Assembly (NCBI GenBank): GCA_963836075.1
Contig: CAWIIB010000009.1
Span: 1,248,001-1,312,000 of the forward strand
Origin: an uncultured Acidobacteriota bacterium
GTDB lineage: Bacteria > Acidobacteriota > JAQAZP01
Direction: 5' to 3'
DNA: 64,000 bases
Shown: piece by piece, positions 36,955-47,054 of the stretch
How the letters are laid out: every line of letters begins with the position of its first letter
Position numbering within the stretch: the first letter of the stretch is position 1
Made by a program: the position numbers and the translations under genes
Notes under the pieces: generated by a model
What the model saw: the letters and a program-made list of their open reading frames with translations, nothing else
What the model was told of the DNA's origin: nothing
Databases searched by the model: none

Positions 36955-39900
36955 ATGAAAATGAACTCAGCCAGGTTCACTGTTGTCGTTGTTTCGTTCC
37001 TTCTCCTGGCGGTCCGGTTCGTCGGAGCGGCTCCTGACCGTATTCCCGAATTCCATGTCCGGCACATCGACAGCAGCGGCGGGCTGTCCCACAACTCGGT
37101 ATACTCGATCCTTCAGGACCAGGACGGCTTCCTCTGGATCGGCACAATGGACGGTTTGAACCGCTATGACGGATACGAGTTCGTCACCTATCGCCACGAT
37201 CCGGACGATCCGCAGTCGCTTTCCCACAATTTCATCGGGACCCTGCTGGAGGACCGCTCCGGGAACCTCTGGGTGGGCACCCCCCGGGGCCTGAATCGGC
37301 TCGATCGCCAGAACAACACGTTCACGCGTTACACCCTCGAATCCGAAGGAGTGGGGGATGAGGGGCGATACGTCCTGTGCCTCCATGAAGACAGCGGTGG
37401 GTTGCTGTGGGTCGGTACCCGCCACGGGCTCCGGCGAATCGATCCGGCGCGCGGCAGTTGGGAGGTCTGGCAGCCCGACCCGTCCGATCCCGGCAGCCTG
37501 GCGCACAATCATGTGGTCAGGGTTCGGGAGGATCCGGCCGGCCGCATATGGGTGCTCACCGGGGAACCATCCATCAACCAGATCACTCTGAGCCTGTGGG
37601 ATCCGGGAAAAGGAGGATTCAAGCATGTTACCACCACCGGGGAGTGGCCCATGCTGCAAGACATGTTCATCGACCGGTCCGGCGGCTTCTGGCTTGATGA
37701 GAGAGGACCGGTATCGTTCAATGAGGAAACCGGGGCATTCCCGCCTCCCCTCTCTGCTGAGGTTCATGTCCAGGAATTTCATCAGGGCCGGAATGGTGTT
37801 ATCTGGATCGGATCGGAAGATGGCATTTTCCGCTTTGATCCTGCCGTGGGTGAGGTTGCACCATTGGCCACGGCCCGGTCCAGCGACGCCTGGCTGGCAA
37901 ACATCGTTCAGGCCGTTTACGAGGACCGGTCCGGAACCTTGTGGATCGGTACCCACACCGGGCTGTACCAATACGACCCCCATGCCAAGCCGTTCACCTT
38001 GCTGCGGCACGATCCCACCGACCCGAACAGCCTGAGCAGCGATCTCGTTTCCTCCATTGCGGAAGACCCGTCTGGGTCGCTCTGGGTGGGGACCTTTGGC
38101 GGCGGACTGAACCTGGTGGACCGCGCATCGGGAAAGGTGGTGCGCTTCCGCCACGACCCCGCTGCCCGGGATGGCTTGATCAATGACATCATCTGGTCGC
38201 TCCATGGCGACCAGCGGGGCAGGCTCTGGATCGGAACCGAGGATGGGCTTTGCCGCTGCGAAGACAGCAGCGGACGGTTCACCCGACATCAGCTCAGGGA
38301 ACCGGTCTCCGGGACACCGAACCGGATCGAGGACATCGCTGAAGACTCGACCGGGGCCATCTGGATCGCCGGGTTGATGGGTCTCCAGCGATATGACCCC
38401 GGTACCGGGGATGTACAGCGTTTTCCAGAAACAGGAGATGAGAGAGGTCCCCGGGCCGCTGTCTGGGGTGCACTCCTCGTGGGGAGCGATGGCCACCTGT
38501 GGATCGGCGGTTTCACGCTGGAAAAGTTGGACTTGGAACGCAATCTGTTCGAATCTTTTCCATTCAACACGCCGGTGGGTGCCGATCTGACGGGAGAGGA
38601 GTTTTATGATATCCAGCAGGATCGTTCAGGCCGTGTCTGGGCTGGGACCTATGCCGGGCTTCATCGGTTTGATCCCCGAACCGAGTGTTTCCGGAATTAT
38701 GGTACGCAGGACGGGCTCCCGGGCTCCGTGGTCTACAGTCTCGTGGAGGATGACCAGCACCGCCTCTGGTTGGGCACCAACCAGGGGCTCTCCTGCTACG
38801 ATCCCCGGCTGCCGGAGGGACGGCAGTTCCGCAATTTCACTGTGGCCGACGGCATCGGCAGCACCGAGTTCAACCGGGGGGCGGTGTGCCGCGGCAGCAG
38901 TGGAGAGATCTTCTTCGGGGGGATGAACGGGCTGACCTCCTTCTTCCCCGACCAGATAAATGACAATCCATATATCCCGCCCCTGGCCCTGACCCGTATC
39001 CGGAGTTTCAGCCGGGAGGGGGTCAATACCATTCAGCCCGCCGGTATCGAACGCCTGGTGCTCTCCCACCGGGAGGCAACGTTTTCGTTCGAGTTTTCCG
39101 CGCTGAGCTTCACCGATTCCGAACGCAACCGCTATTCCCACTTTCTTGAGGGCTTCGACGAGGCCTGGGTGGAAGCGGGGCACCGCCGTCACGCCCGCTA
39201 TACGAATGTGCCGCCCGGGAACTACGTATTCAGGGTTAAGGGCTCCAACAACGACGGTCTGTGGAACGAGGAGGGGCTGTCGCTGATGCTGACCATCACC
39301 CCTCCATTCTGGCAGACCTGGTGGTTCAGGACGCTGGCCCTGCTGCTGGTGGCGACGGCCCTCTGGGCGGCCCACCGCTTCCGCCTGGAGCAGAAATTGA
39401 AGGTGGAGCGGATGCGCCTGCGGATCGCTGGCGATCTGCACGACGATCTGGGAAGCAACCTCAGCGGCATCGCCCTGATCAGCGAATTGGAGCGGGAGGA
39501 GGCGGAGCCTGGCTCCCCCTCACACCAGCGGCTGTCGGTCATCACCAGCACCACCCAGCAGATGGTTGGCGACCTGCGGGATATCGTCTGGTTTGTCGAC
39601 CCCGGGCACGACAAGCTGTTGGACCTGCGGCAGAAGATGAAATCCGTCGCCGAGACCATGCTCGACGGCGTGGATTACTCGTTTCGAGCGGAGGGGATGG
39701 CGCTGCAGGAGAGCGTGAGCCCTGACTTCAGGCGCAACATCTTCCTGATCTACAAGGAGATCCTGCACAACATCGTGCGGCACGCCCGGGCCGGCAGGGT
39801 GGAGATAGAGCTTTGCGGAAAGCAGCCGGACCTGGTGCTCTCAGTGACCGACGACGGAATCGGTTTCAACAAAGAGCAGGTTGAGCAGGGCCACGGCCTG

Positions 39901-40002
39901 AACAGCCTCCGCCGCCGGGCGAAGGAACTGGGCGGCACCCTTGAGATAACCAGCAGCCGGGGCCAGGGGACCAGGATCGTCTTGACCGCAGCCATGGAAT
40001 GA
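36955..40002 (+). CDS. Sensor histidine kinase with periplasmic beta-propeller, Y_Y_Y domain and HisKA_3 core
   Basis: D..G.LWIGT..GL repeats, YTNVPPGNYVFRVKGSN, PPFWQTWWF, RIAGDLHDDLG, DDGIGF, GHGL. Confidence 0.95.
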   Translation: MKMNSARFTVVVVSFLLLAVRFVGAAPDRIPEFHVRHIDSSGGLSHNSVYSILQDQDGFLWIGTMDGLNRYDGYEFVTYRHDPDDPQSLSHNFIGTLLEDRSGNLWVGTPRGLNRLDRQNNTFTRYTLESEGVGDEGRYVLCLHEDSGGLLWVGTRHGLRRIDPARGSWEVWQPDPSDPGSLAHNHVVRVREDPAGRIWVLTGEPSINQITLSLWDPGKGGFKHVTTTGEWPMLQDMFIDRSGGFWLDERGPVSFNEETGAFPPPLSAEVHVQEFHQGRNGVIWIGSEDGIFRFDPAVGEVAPLATARSSDAWLANIVQAVYEDRSGTLWIGTHTGLYQYDPHAKPFTLLRHDPTDPNSLSSDLVSSIAEDPSGSLWVGTFGGGLNLVDRASGKVVRFRHDPAARDGLINDIIWSLHGDQRGRLWIGTEDGLCRCEDSSGRFTRHQLREPVSGTPNRIEDIAEDSTGAIWIAGLMGLQRYDPGTGDVQRFPETGDERGPRAAVWGALLVGSDGHLWIGGFTLEKLDLERNLFESFPFNTPVGADLTGEEFYDIQQDRSGRVWAGTYAGLHRFDPRTECFRNYGTQDGLPGSVVYSLVEDDQHRLWLGTNQGLSCYDPRLPEGRQFRNFTVADGIGSTEFNRGAVCRGSSGEIFFGGMNGLTSFFPDQINDNPYIPPLALTRIRSFSREGVNTIQPAGIERLVLSHREATFSFEFSALSFTDSERNRYSHFLEGFDEAWVEAGHRRHARYTNVPPGNYVFRVKGSNNDGLWNEEGLSLMLTITPPFWQTWWFRTLALLLVATALWAAHRFRLEQKLKVERMRLRIAGDLHDDLGSNLSGIALISELEREEAEPGSPSHQRLSVITSTTQQMVGDLRDIVWFVDPGHDKLLDLRQKMKSVAETMLDGVDYSFRAEGMALQESVSPDFRRNIFLIYKEILHNIVRHARAGRVEIELCGKQPDLVLSVTDDGIGFNKEQVEQGHGLNSLRRRAKELGGTLEITSSRGQGTRIVLTAAME

Positions 40003-40027
40003 ACGGTGCGCGCCGGGGAGAGAACAG

Positions 40028-40708
40028 ATGAATTCGACAGAGGGATCAGGGGCCAGTATACCCGAAGAACCGGTGAACATCTGGATCATCGAAGACAACG
40101 ATCCCCTCCGGATGTCGATCGAAAGCGTGATCAACAGGGCGGAGGACATGCGGTGCCCGCTGGCCGTCCCCTGCTGCGAGGACGCGCTGGCCGTGCTGAA
40201 AGAGGGCGATGCCCCCGATATCGTCCTGATGGACATCGGACTGCCCGGCATGAGCGGGATCGAGGGTGCCCGGCTGATCCACGATCTCTCCCCCTCAACC
40301 CGGGTGATCATGCTCACCGTGCACGAGGACAACGAGAAGATCTTCGCGGCCCTTTGCGCCGGCGCTTCCGGATACCTGCTCAAGCCCGCCTCCATGGATC
40401 ACGTGGTGACGGCGATCCGTGAAGTGCAGCGCGGCGGAGCGTCGATCAATGCCCAGGTGGCCCGGAAGGTGCTCGGCATGTTCACGAAAATGGCGGTCCC
40501 CAAGGGGGATTACGGCCTGTCGGCCCGTGAGACGGAGATCCTCCACCTCCTGGTGGAAGGCCTGGGCCAGGCCGCCATCGCCGAAAAGATCCACCGCAGC
40601 CAGCACACGGTCAACAACCACATTCGCAACATCTACGCCAAGCTGCACGTCAACACCCGCTCCGGCGCCGTGGCCAAGGCCCTGAAGGAGCGTCTGATCC
40701 AGCCATAG
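40028..40708 (+). CDS. NarL/LuxR-family response regulator
   Basis: DIVLMDIGLPG, GASGYLLK, LSARE...HIRNIYAKLHV. Confidence 0.95.
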   Translation: MNSTEGSGASIPEEPVNIWIIEDNDPLRMSIESVINRAEDMRCPLAVPCCEDALAVLKEGDAPDIVLMDIGLPGMSGIEGARLIHDLSPSTRVIMLTVHEDNEKIFAALCAGASGYLLKPASMDHVVTAIREVQRGGASINAQVARKVLGMFTKMAVPKGDYGLSARETEILHLLVEGLGQAAIAEKIHRSQHTVNNHIRNIYAKLHVNTRSGAVAKALKERLIQP

Positions 40709-40860
40709 CCGGACACGCCCCTCCGGTTTTGTGAAATCCCCTCTTTTTGGCCATATCCTCTCGAAAACGACATGTTCGTGTCATGCCCGCAGGCTGTCGG
40801 GTTCCCTATATTTACATATGTACTACAGTCGTTATTGAACTACTCCAGGGGGACAGGATC

Positions 40861-42471
40861 ATGAGGCATCGCTTGACACTCGACAATTGCCGGAAAAAGA
40901 GAAACCTGTGGATGCTGCCGATGGCACTGATCATTGCGGTGGTCATTGCCGGCTGCCTGCCAGGACCTGCCGCCCATGCGCAGTGTGATCCGCAGCAGAC
41001 GTTCAAGATCGTGCCGAGCGACGGCATTTATCAGCAGGGTTTCGGCTCCGCTGTGGCGACCAATGGGACCACCGCCATCATCGGGGCGCCTTATGACGAA
41101 GACGGCGACTTCTGGTCGGGCTCGGCCTATCTCTTCGACGTCGCCACCGGCACCCAAGTGGCCAAGCTGCTGGCCGACGACGGCGCCGAGCAAGATTTAT
41201 TCGGCTTCTCCGTGGCGATCAGCGGCACCACGGCCATCGTCGGGGCACATCAACACCACGAAAACTATACTGCACCCGGCGCGGCCTATCTCTTCGACAT
41301 CACCACCGGGGCCCAGATCGCCACGCTGCAGCCCGATGACGGTGCCGTGGGTGACCAATTCGGCTACGCCGTTGCGATCAACGACACCATTGCCTGCGTC
41401 AGTTCCCCCAGGAGAGTCGACTGGGATCACCTCGGCGGTGTGGTCTACCTGTTCGACCTGGCCACCGGGGCCCAGATCGGCAAAATCTGGCCCGACGACC
41501 ACGACTATGATGATTACTTCGGAAACTCCCTGGCGATGGACGACACTACCGCCATCGTCGGTTCACATTATGACGACGACAACGGTTCCGGCTCCGGCTC
41601 GGCCTATCTCTTCGACCTCACCACCGGGGCCCAGCTCGCCAAGCTGCTGCCCGGCGACGGTGATGAGGGTGACTCGTTCGGCTACTCCGTGGCGATCAGC
41701 GGCGGCACGGCCGTTGTCGGAGCCTGGTTCGATGAGCACAACGGCCTCCAATCGGGCTCGGCCTATCTCTTCGATACGGCCACCGGGGCCGAGATCGCCA
41801 AGCTGCTGCCCGGAGACGGCGCGGCCCAGGATGTCTTCGGCTGTTCCGTGGCGATCGACGGCACCACGGCCATGGTCGGAGCCTTCGGTGACAACTCCCG
41901 GACCGGAGCGGCGTATCTTTTCGACGGAGTAAGCGGGACTGAAACCGCCAAGCTCGTGGCCGATGACGGTGAGGAGTGGGACAGTTTCGGCAATTCCGTG
42001 TCGCTCTGCGGAAACGTAGGCATTGTCGGGTCGTACCTGGACACACACGGCACCATTTACTCCGGCTCGGCTTATCTTTTCGACACGAACTGCCCGGAAC
42101 CGCTCACCATCGGTGTCGATTACAGCTGTTCGCCGGCCGGCGGCACCCTGCCCTTCAGCACGCAGATGGATGTGTCTTTTCACAATTTATACTCCGAACA
42201 GGCACGCCGGGTTGCCGCCCGTATCGATGTCACGCTGGCCAACGGCCAGTTCTTCCACAACTGGATGGCCGGTTCCACCAACATTGCTGCCGGGGGGAGC
42301 TACAACACCAGCTGGAGCACGACGATCCCGCAATTGGGCTCCGTGCTTGGTGACAATATCTTCCTGCTGGTTGCCGAGGACGTGACCCCGGCACCCTTCA
42401 ACCAGCCGCCCCATCCGCCGGCCGGGGATAGCGACCAGGCATCATGCACGGTCACCGGGATCGCACCTTGA
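40861..42471 (+). CDS. Secreted FG-GAP beta-propeller protein with a conserved C-terminal domain
   Basis: Seven FGxSVA...VGA...GSAYLFD repeats and a tail VAEDVTPAPFNQPPHPPAGD. Confidence 0.9.
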   Translation: MRHRLTLDNCRKKRNLWMLPMALIIAVVIAGCLPGPAAHAQCDPQQTFKIVPSDGIYQQGFGSAVATNGTTAIIGAPYDEDGDFWSGSAYLFDVATGTQVAKLLADDGAEQDLFGFSVAISGTTAIVGAHQHHENYTAPGAAYLFDITTGAQIATLQPDDGAVGDQFGYAVAINDTIACVSSPRRVDWDHLGGVVYLFDLATGAQIGKIWPDDHDYDDYFGNSLAMDDTTAIVGSHYDDDNGSGSGSAYLFDLTTGAQLAKLLPGDGDEGDSFGYSVAISGGTAVVGAWFDEHNGLQSGSAYLFDTATGAEIAKLLPGDGAAQDVFGCSVAIDGTTAMVGAFGDNSRTGAAYLFDGVSGTETAKLVADDGEEWDSFGNSVSLCGNVGIVGSYLDTHGTIYSGSAYLFDTNCPEPLTIGVDYSCSPAGGTLPFSTQMDVSFHNLYSEQARRVAARIDVTLANGQFFHNWMAGSTNIAAGGSYNTSWSTTIPQLGSVLGDNIFLLVAEDVTPAPFNQPPHPPAGDSDQASCTVTGIAP

Positions 42472-42492
42472 GAAATTCTGGGAGATACATCG

Positions 42493-43134
42493 ATGGATGT
42501 ACAGAAAACTTCAGGCCCTGCACCCGGGGAAGCGGTGGAAATCTGGGTGGTTGAAGCCAACGAACTGCTGCGGAATTCGCTGGAGGATGTGATCAGCCGG
42601 ACGGAGGGAATGCGCTGCCCGCTGGCGGCCAACTGCTGTGAAGCGGCGATCAGGGCGCTGGAAGCCGGTGAAGCGCCGGACATGGTGCTGATGGATATCG
42701 GCCTGCCCGGGATGAGCGGTGTGGAGGGGGCGCGGCGGGTTCGCGCCCTCTCCCCGTCAACCAGGGTGATCATGCTGACCCTTCACGAGGACCATGCGCA
42801 CCTCTTCGATGCACTCTGCGCCGGGGCTTCCGGCTACCTGTTGAAGCCGGCGTCCCGGGCCCGGGTGGTGGAGGCCATCCGCGAGATGTGCCACGGTGGT
42901 ACGGAAATCAATGCTGAGGTGGCCCGCCGAGTGCTGGGCATGCTCACCGAGCTGGAAGCACCGCCAGAGCAGATCGGACTGTCGGATCGGGAAGTGAAAA
43001 TCCTCCAGCTCCTGGTGGAGGGACTGCCACGCAGCAAGGTGGCCGAGAGGATCCTCCGTAGCGAGCAGATGGTCAACACCCACATTCGCAACATCTACGC
43101 CAAGCTGCAGGTAAACACCGGGGCCGGTCATTGA
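42493..43134 (+). CDS. Second NarL-family response regulator, shortened paralog of 40028-40708
   Basis: Near-identical blocks to the first regulator. The acidic pocket is EAN and the protein ends at LQVNTGAGH. Confidence 0.85.
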   Translation: MDVQKTSGPAPGEAVEIWVVEANELLRNSLEDVISRTEGMRCPLAANCCEAAIRALEAGEAPDMVLMDIGLPGMSGVEGARRVRALSPSTRVIMLTLHEDHAHLFDALCAGASGYLLKPASRARVVEAIREMCHGGTEINAEVARRVLGMLTELEAPPEQIGLSDREVKILQLLVEGLPRSKVAERILRSEQMVNTHIRNIYAKLQVNTGAGH

Positions 43135-43162
43135 AGAAGGAGACCCGGCGGCTGATGGTTGC

Positions 43163-43340
43163 TTATTCCGTCCGGCCCTCGATGGTGCAGTCCGCCGAAT
43201 TGGAGGAGCCCGCCGCCGGGTAGGGCGGCTGGTTGTCAGGCGCGGGCGTGGCGGCGGAACATTTTATCGTTCGCTCTCCTGTCGGATACGTCGAAGGTGC
43301 TGGTCGTTGAGAGGTCAATCCGCTCGCCTGGGTCCGCACT
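43163..43340 (-). pseudogene. Orphan remnant of the TPAPxNQPP C-terminal domain
   Basis: Manual translation gives ...ATPAPDNQPPYPAAGSSNSADCTIEGRTE*. Confidence 0.7.
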
Positions 43341-43341
43341 G

Positions 43342-43374
43342 AAAAAGCCGCACCGGAATCGAACCGGTGCGGCT
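43342..43374 (-). terminator. Rho-independent terminator of the 43406-45187 gene
   Basis: Stem AGCCGCACCGG/CCGGTGCGGCT followed by a T-tract on the minus strand. Confidence 0.85.
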
Positions 43375-43405
43375 GTATTGGCGTTCCGTGCGAACAGGTC
43401 CGCTA

Positions 43406-45187
43406 CTAAAGGGAGCCCTCCACGGTGCTGGTGCTCTCCCCGGTGTCGCCTGCCGGCGGGTAGGGCGGCTGGTTGTAGGGCGCCGGTGTAACGTCCTCGG
43501 CGACAATGGTGAATTCTGTCAGCCCGTTAAGCGCTCCGAGAGCCGGCAGGTTCTGGCTCCAGGAGGTGACGTAGGTGGCTCCTGCCGCGATGTTTGCATA
43601 CCCGGCCCGCCAGGTGGCGATGAATCCGCCTCCGGCAAGGTCGATGTCGATGTGGGCGGCCATGCGGCGCGTCAAACCGGGATAGGTGTTGGTCAGGGTG
43701 ACGGTTATCGTTGTGGCGAACGGCAGGATTCCCATGTTCGGGGTGCAGTCGATTCCGGGGATGACCGTCGACACGGCCGGGAAGCCGCCAAGCAGGCCGC
43801 TGCTGTCCACCATCTGGGCGTAGACATCGTTGTTGCCCCAGCGGTGGTCGGTCCAGACGAGGATGGCGCCGTCGGCCCCGTCGGCGATGAGACGGGAGGA
43901 GGCCTGGATCTCCGGGCCCACCGTGAACGGCACGCCGGCGGCGGCCCAGAGGGTTGTTCCGGATGAGTCGATCCGCTGGCCGTAAATGTCGTAATCGATA
44001 CTGTTTCGGAAGTCCCGCCAGGTAATCACCGCGCCGCCGGTTCCGCTGCTGACGATCTGGGGGAAGCCACTCTGATCGCCGGCCGCGGTGCAGACCGGGA
44101 CGCCGTCGACCGTCCAGAGCGCCGTGCCCGCCGGGTTCAACCGCTGGGCGTAGATGTCGTAGTCGGTCCCGCGGTTGTCGGTCCAGGCGATGATGGCTCC
44201 GTTGGAGCCGTCGCTGATGATATCGGGATCGACCTGCTCGTTTGCCGCAGCGCACAGCAGGACGCCATTGGCGGTCCAGAGCGGGTTGCCCGCGGCAGTG
44301 ATCCGCTGGGCGTAGACATCGTGCTGCAGGCTGTCGCGGTAGTCATACCAGGTACAGATGGCGCCGCCGGCGGTGGTGGCGATCAGACGGGGTGCCGTCT
44401 GGGAACTGACCGCCGTGCAGGCCCCCACGCCGTCCACCGCCCAGACCGGAGAACCACTGGAATCGATCCGCTGGAGGTAGATGTCGAAGGAACTGCTGCG
44501 AAAGTCCTCCCAGGCCACGATGACCCCGCCGGCCCCGTCACTGACAGCTTCGGGAGCGGTCTGGTTGCCGGCGGCCGTGCAGACCGGTACGCCGTCGGCC
44601 GTCCAGAGCGGGGTGCCCGAGCTGTCCACCCGCTGGGCGTACAGGTCTTCGGTCCCGGAGGCCCGGTAGTCCTTCCAGATGATGATCACCCCGCCGGCGC
44701 CGTCGAGAACGATCTGGCTGTCCTGCTGGGAACTGGTCTCGGTGCAGACCGCCACACCGTTGGCTGTCCAGAGCGGTGTGCCGCTGCTGTCCAGCCGCTG
44801 GACGTAGATATCGGAGTTCGTCGCCCGGTAATCGTTCCAGGCGATGAAGGAGCCACCGGCCCCGTCTGCCACCACGGCCGGGCTTTCGGCAACGGTGGTG
44901 GCCGTGGTGCATACGGCCACGCCGTTTGCGGCCCAAAGCTCCATGCCTTCGTCATCCAGACGCTGGGCGTGGATATCGGAGGTGCCGATGCCGTTGCGCT
45001 GGTCGGTCCAGGCGATGATCGCGCCGGACGAACCGTCCCCGACCATTGCCGGCAAATACTGGTGGTCGTCCAGCGTGCAGACCGGTGTGTTGGCGATGGG
45101 CTGATCCGACCACTGGGCCGTGGCCGGCCAGGTGAAGGAGATAATTATCAGCAGCGAGAACCATGTGAAAGCAGCGGGGAATCTCAT
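43406..45187 (-). CDS. Secreted repeat (beta-propeller-like) protein with the same C-terminal domain
   Basis: Signal peptide, about seven DG.GGAII.W.D.R...DIYAQR.D..G..LW...GV.VC repeats, and a tail VAEDVTPAPYNQPPYPPAGD. Confidence 0.9.
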   Translation of the reverse strand: MRFPAAFTWFSLLIIISFTWPATAQWSDQPIANTPVCTLDDHQYLPAMVGDGSSGAIIAWTDQRNGIGTSDIHAQRLDDEGMELWAANGVAVCTTATTVAESPAVVADGAGGSFIAWNDYRATNSDIYVQRLDSSGTPLWTANGVAVCTETSSQQDSQIVLDGAGGVIIIWKDYRASGTEDLYAQRVDSSGTPLWTADGVPVCTAAGNQTAPEAVSDGAGGVIVAWEDFRSSSFDIYLQRIDSSGSPVWAVDGVGACTAVSSQTAPRLIATTAGGAICTWYDYRDSLQHDVYAQRITAAGNPLWTANGVLLCAAANEQVDPDIISDGSNGAIIAWTDNRGTDYDIYAQRLNPAGTALWTVDGVPVCTAAGDQSGFPQIVSSGTGGAVITWRDFRNSIDYDIYGQRIDSSGTTLWAAAGVPFTVGPEIQASSRLIADGADGAILVWTDHRWGNNDVYAQMVDSSGLLGGFPAVSTVIPGIDCTPNMGILPFATTITVTLTNTYPGLTRRMAAHIDIDLAGGGFIATWRAGYANIAAGATYVTSWSQNLPALGALNGLTEFTIVAEDVTPAPYNQPPYPPAGDTGESTSTVEGSL

Positions 45188-45456
45188 GTGTTGTTTTCCT
45201 CTGGAAAGTGCCGGATCTCCGGATTGGAACGGGAACGAGCTTCCTGACTTGCGGAAGATCGCGTTTCGCTGTTCATCAGTGGGAATGGAATCCCCTTTGA
45301 TGGCGTCGTATGATCCAGAAAAAAACAGAATAGCTGAAACGAATTTCTGAACGGATTTCCATTCGAATATGGAAACACTATATACCCTACGAAGTTCATA
45401 GGCAATTAAAAAACCCTATGATATTAAAATAAAGATCGGATGATGATATCTGGTTT

Positions 45457-46032
45457 TCACCCCACCTGGCGGTGGCGGAAACAGTCGGTGGTGTGGTCGT
45501 TGACCATGCCCACCGCCTGCATGAAAGCATACATGATGGTGGGGCCTACGAAGGTGAAGCCGCGCTTTTTCAGGTCGCGGCTGAGCGCTTCAGCTTCCGG
45601 AGTTTTTACGGGGATTTCAGCCATACTCTTCCAGCGGTTGCGGATCGGCTTGCCGCCCACAAAGGCCCAGAGGTAGGCGTCGAAGGAGCCGAACTCCTTT
45701 TGCACCTTGAGATACGCCTGTGCGTTGGCCACCGAGGCCCGTATCTTCAGCCGGTTGCGGACGATGCCAGGGTTGGCCAGCAGGGAGGCGATTTTCTTCT
45801 CGGTGTAGCGGGCCACCTTCCGCGGGTCGAAGTTGTCGTAGACCGTGCGGTATTCGGCGCGCTTTTTAAGGATCGTATCCCAGCTCAGCCCGGCCTGGGC
45901 CCCCTCGAGGATCAGCATCTCGAAGAGGTGGCGGTCATCGTGGTTGGGCAGGCCCCACTCCTCGTCATGGTAGGTGATGGCCCGTTCGTTCGCAGCCCAG
46001 CTGCAGCGCTTGATGGTGTTCTTTGCCGTCAT
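45457..46032 (-). CDS. tag: DNA-3-methyladenine glycosylase I
   Basis: RCSW, YHDEEWG, LEGAQAGLSW, IVRNRLKI, GMVNDH..DC. Confidence 0.95.
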   Translation of the reverse strand: MTAKNTIKRCSWAANERAITYHDEEWGLPNHDDRHLFEMLILEGAQAGLSWDTILKKRAEYRTVYDNFDPRKVARYTEKKIASLLANPGIVRNRLKIRASVANAQAYLKVQKEFGSFDAYLWAFVGGKPIRNRWKSMAEIPVKTPEAEALSRDLKKRGFTFVGPTIMYAFMQAVGMVNDHTTDCFRHRQVG

Positions 46033-47054
46033 TCCTCGCTCTCCATCCAGAAGTGGCGGAAGTCCGCCCACTCCTGATGGTCGGTGACCCAGTTGGCGTA
46101 GACGGCCACCCCGGTGAAGGCGCCCCCGCCGGTACCCTCCTTCTCCAGCCCCCGGCGCACGCCCAGTGCGCCGTTGGCCATGTTCTCCACCAGCGGGTCC
46201 GAGGCCGGGCTTCCCTCTTCATACGAGGGGATACCGATCAGCACCTGGTGGCCCGGGTAGGCCGAGGCCCAGCGGACCAGCAGGCGGGTCTGGTGGCCGA
46301 GGAAGGCCAGGTAGTGTTCGGCGGTATCCAGGCTGGTGTCATACCCCATCAGCACCGTCTGGTCGGTCCGGGCCATGGTTTGGCGGTAGAAATCGCCGGA
46401 CCAGAAGAGGCGGTCCATGAACCCGAGGGATATGCCGAAGGGGCCGCTGCGCCGGGTGGCGTGGCTGAGGACCGCATCCGGGCCGAGGCGCTGCTTCACG
46501 GCGGCCAGCAGATCGAGATAGCCCGGGTGGTGGTCCAGCAGCGGTTCGAAATTGAGGTGCACGCCGTCAAAGCCGGCGGCCATCATCTGATCCACTGTCT
46601 CGAGAAAGCGTTCCACCCACCGCGGGTCCTGGAGGTCCAGCTTGCCGGTGAGTGAGCCCAGCCAGGCCAGGTGAACCACTTCCGGGCTTTGTGCCATCAG
46701 CCGGCCCAGCAGGGGCGAAGGGGAGTCCTCGATACTGCCGTCGGGCAGTACCGGGCCCACGTGGATGTAGATGTAGCGGATGCCATGCCGGCTGACCGTC
46801 TCGGCCATGGCGTCGAGGTCGGCGTCGGTCACCGGTTCTCCGCTGCGGACCGAAACCCCGGTGAACCACTTGTGTCCGGCCCAGAGGCCGTTGAGCCCCT
46901 GGTCGAAACGGGCTTCAGTTTCCGGGCGCGGCTCCCAGACGACCCAGAAGATGGCAGCGGAGAGGATGCCCAGCAGGAAGGCGGCGGTCATGGCTTTCAA
47001 CGCCAGCCTCAGGAACCGTCCGCGCTCCGTATTCCTGGTCGCTCGGCGGTTCAT
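46029..47054 (-). CDS. Membrane-anchored glycoside hydrolase-like (GH18-type barrel) protein
   Basis: GFDGVHLNFEP resembles DxxDxDxE; also LMGYDT and IGIPSY. Confidence 0.55.
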   Translation of the reverse strand: MNRRATRNTERGRFLRLALKAMTAAFLLGILSAAIFWVVWEPRPETEARFDQGLNGLWAGHKWFTGVSVRSGEPVTDADLDAMAETVSRHGIRYIYIHVGPVLPDGSIEDSPSPLLGRLMAQSPEVVHLAWLGSLTGKLDLQDPRWVERFLETVDQMMAAGFDGVHLNFEPLLDHHPGYLDLLAAVKQRLGPDAVLSHATRRSGPFGISLGFMDRLFWSGDFYRQTMARTDQTVLMGYDTSLDTAEHYLAFLGHQTRLLVRWASAYPGHQVLIGIPSYEEGSPASDPLVENMANGALGVRRGLEKEGTGGGAFTGVAVYANWVTDHQEWADFRHFWMESEE

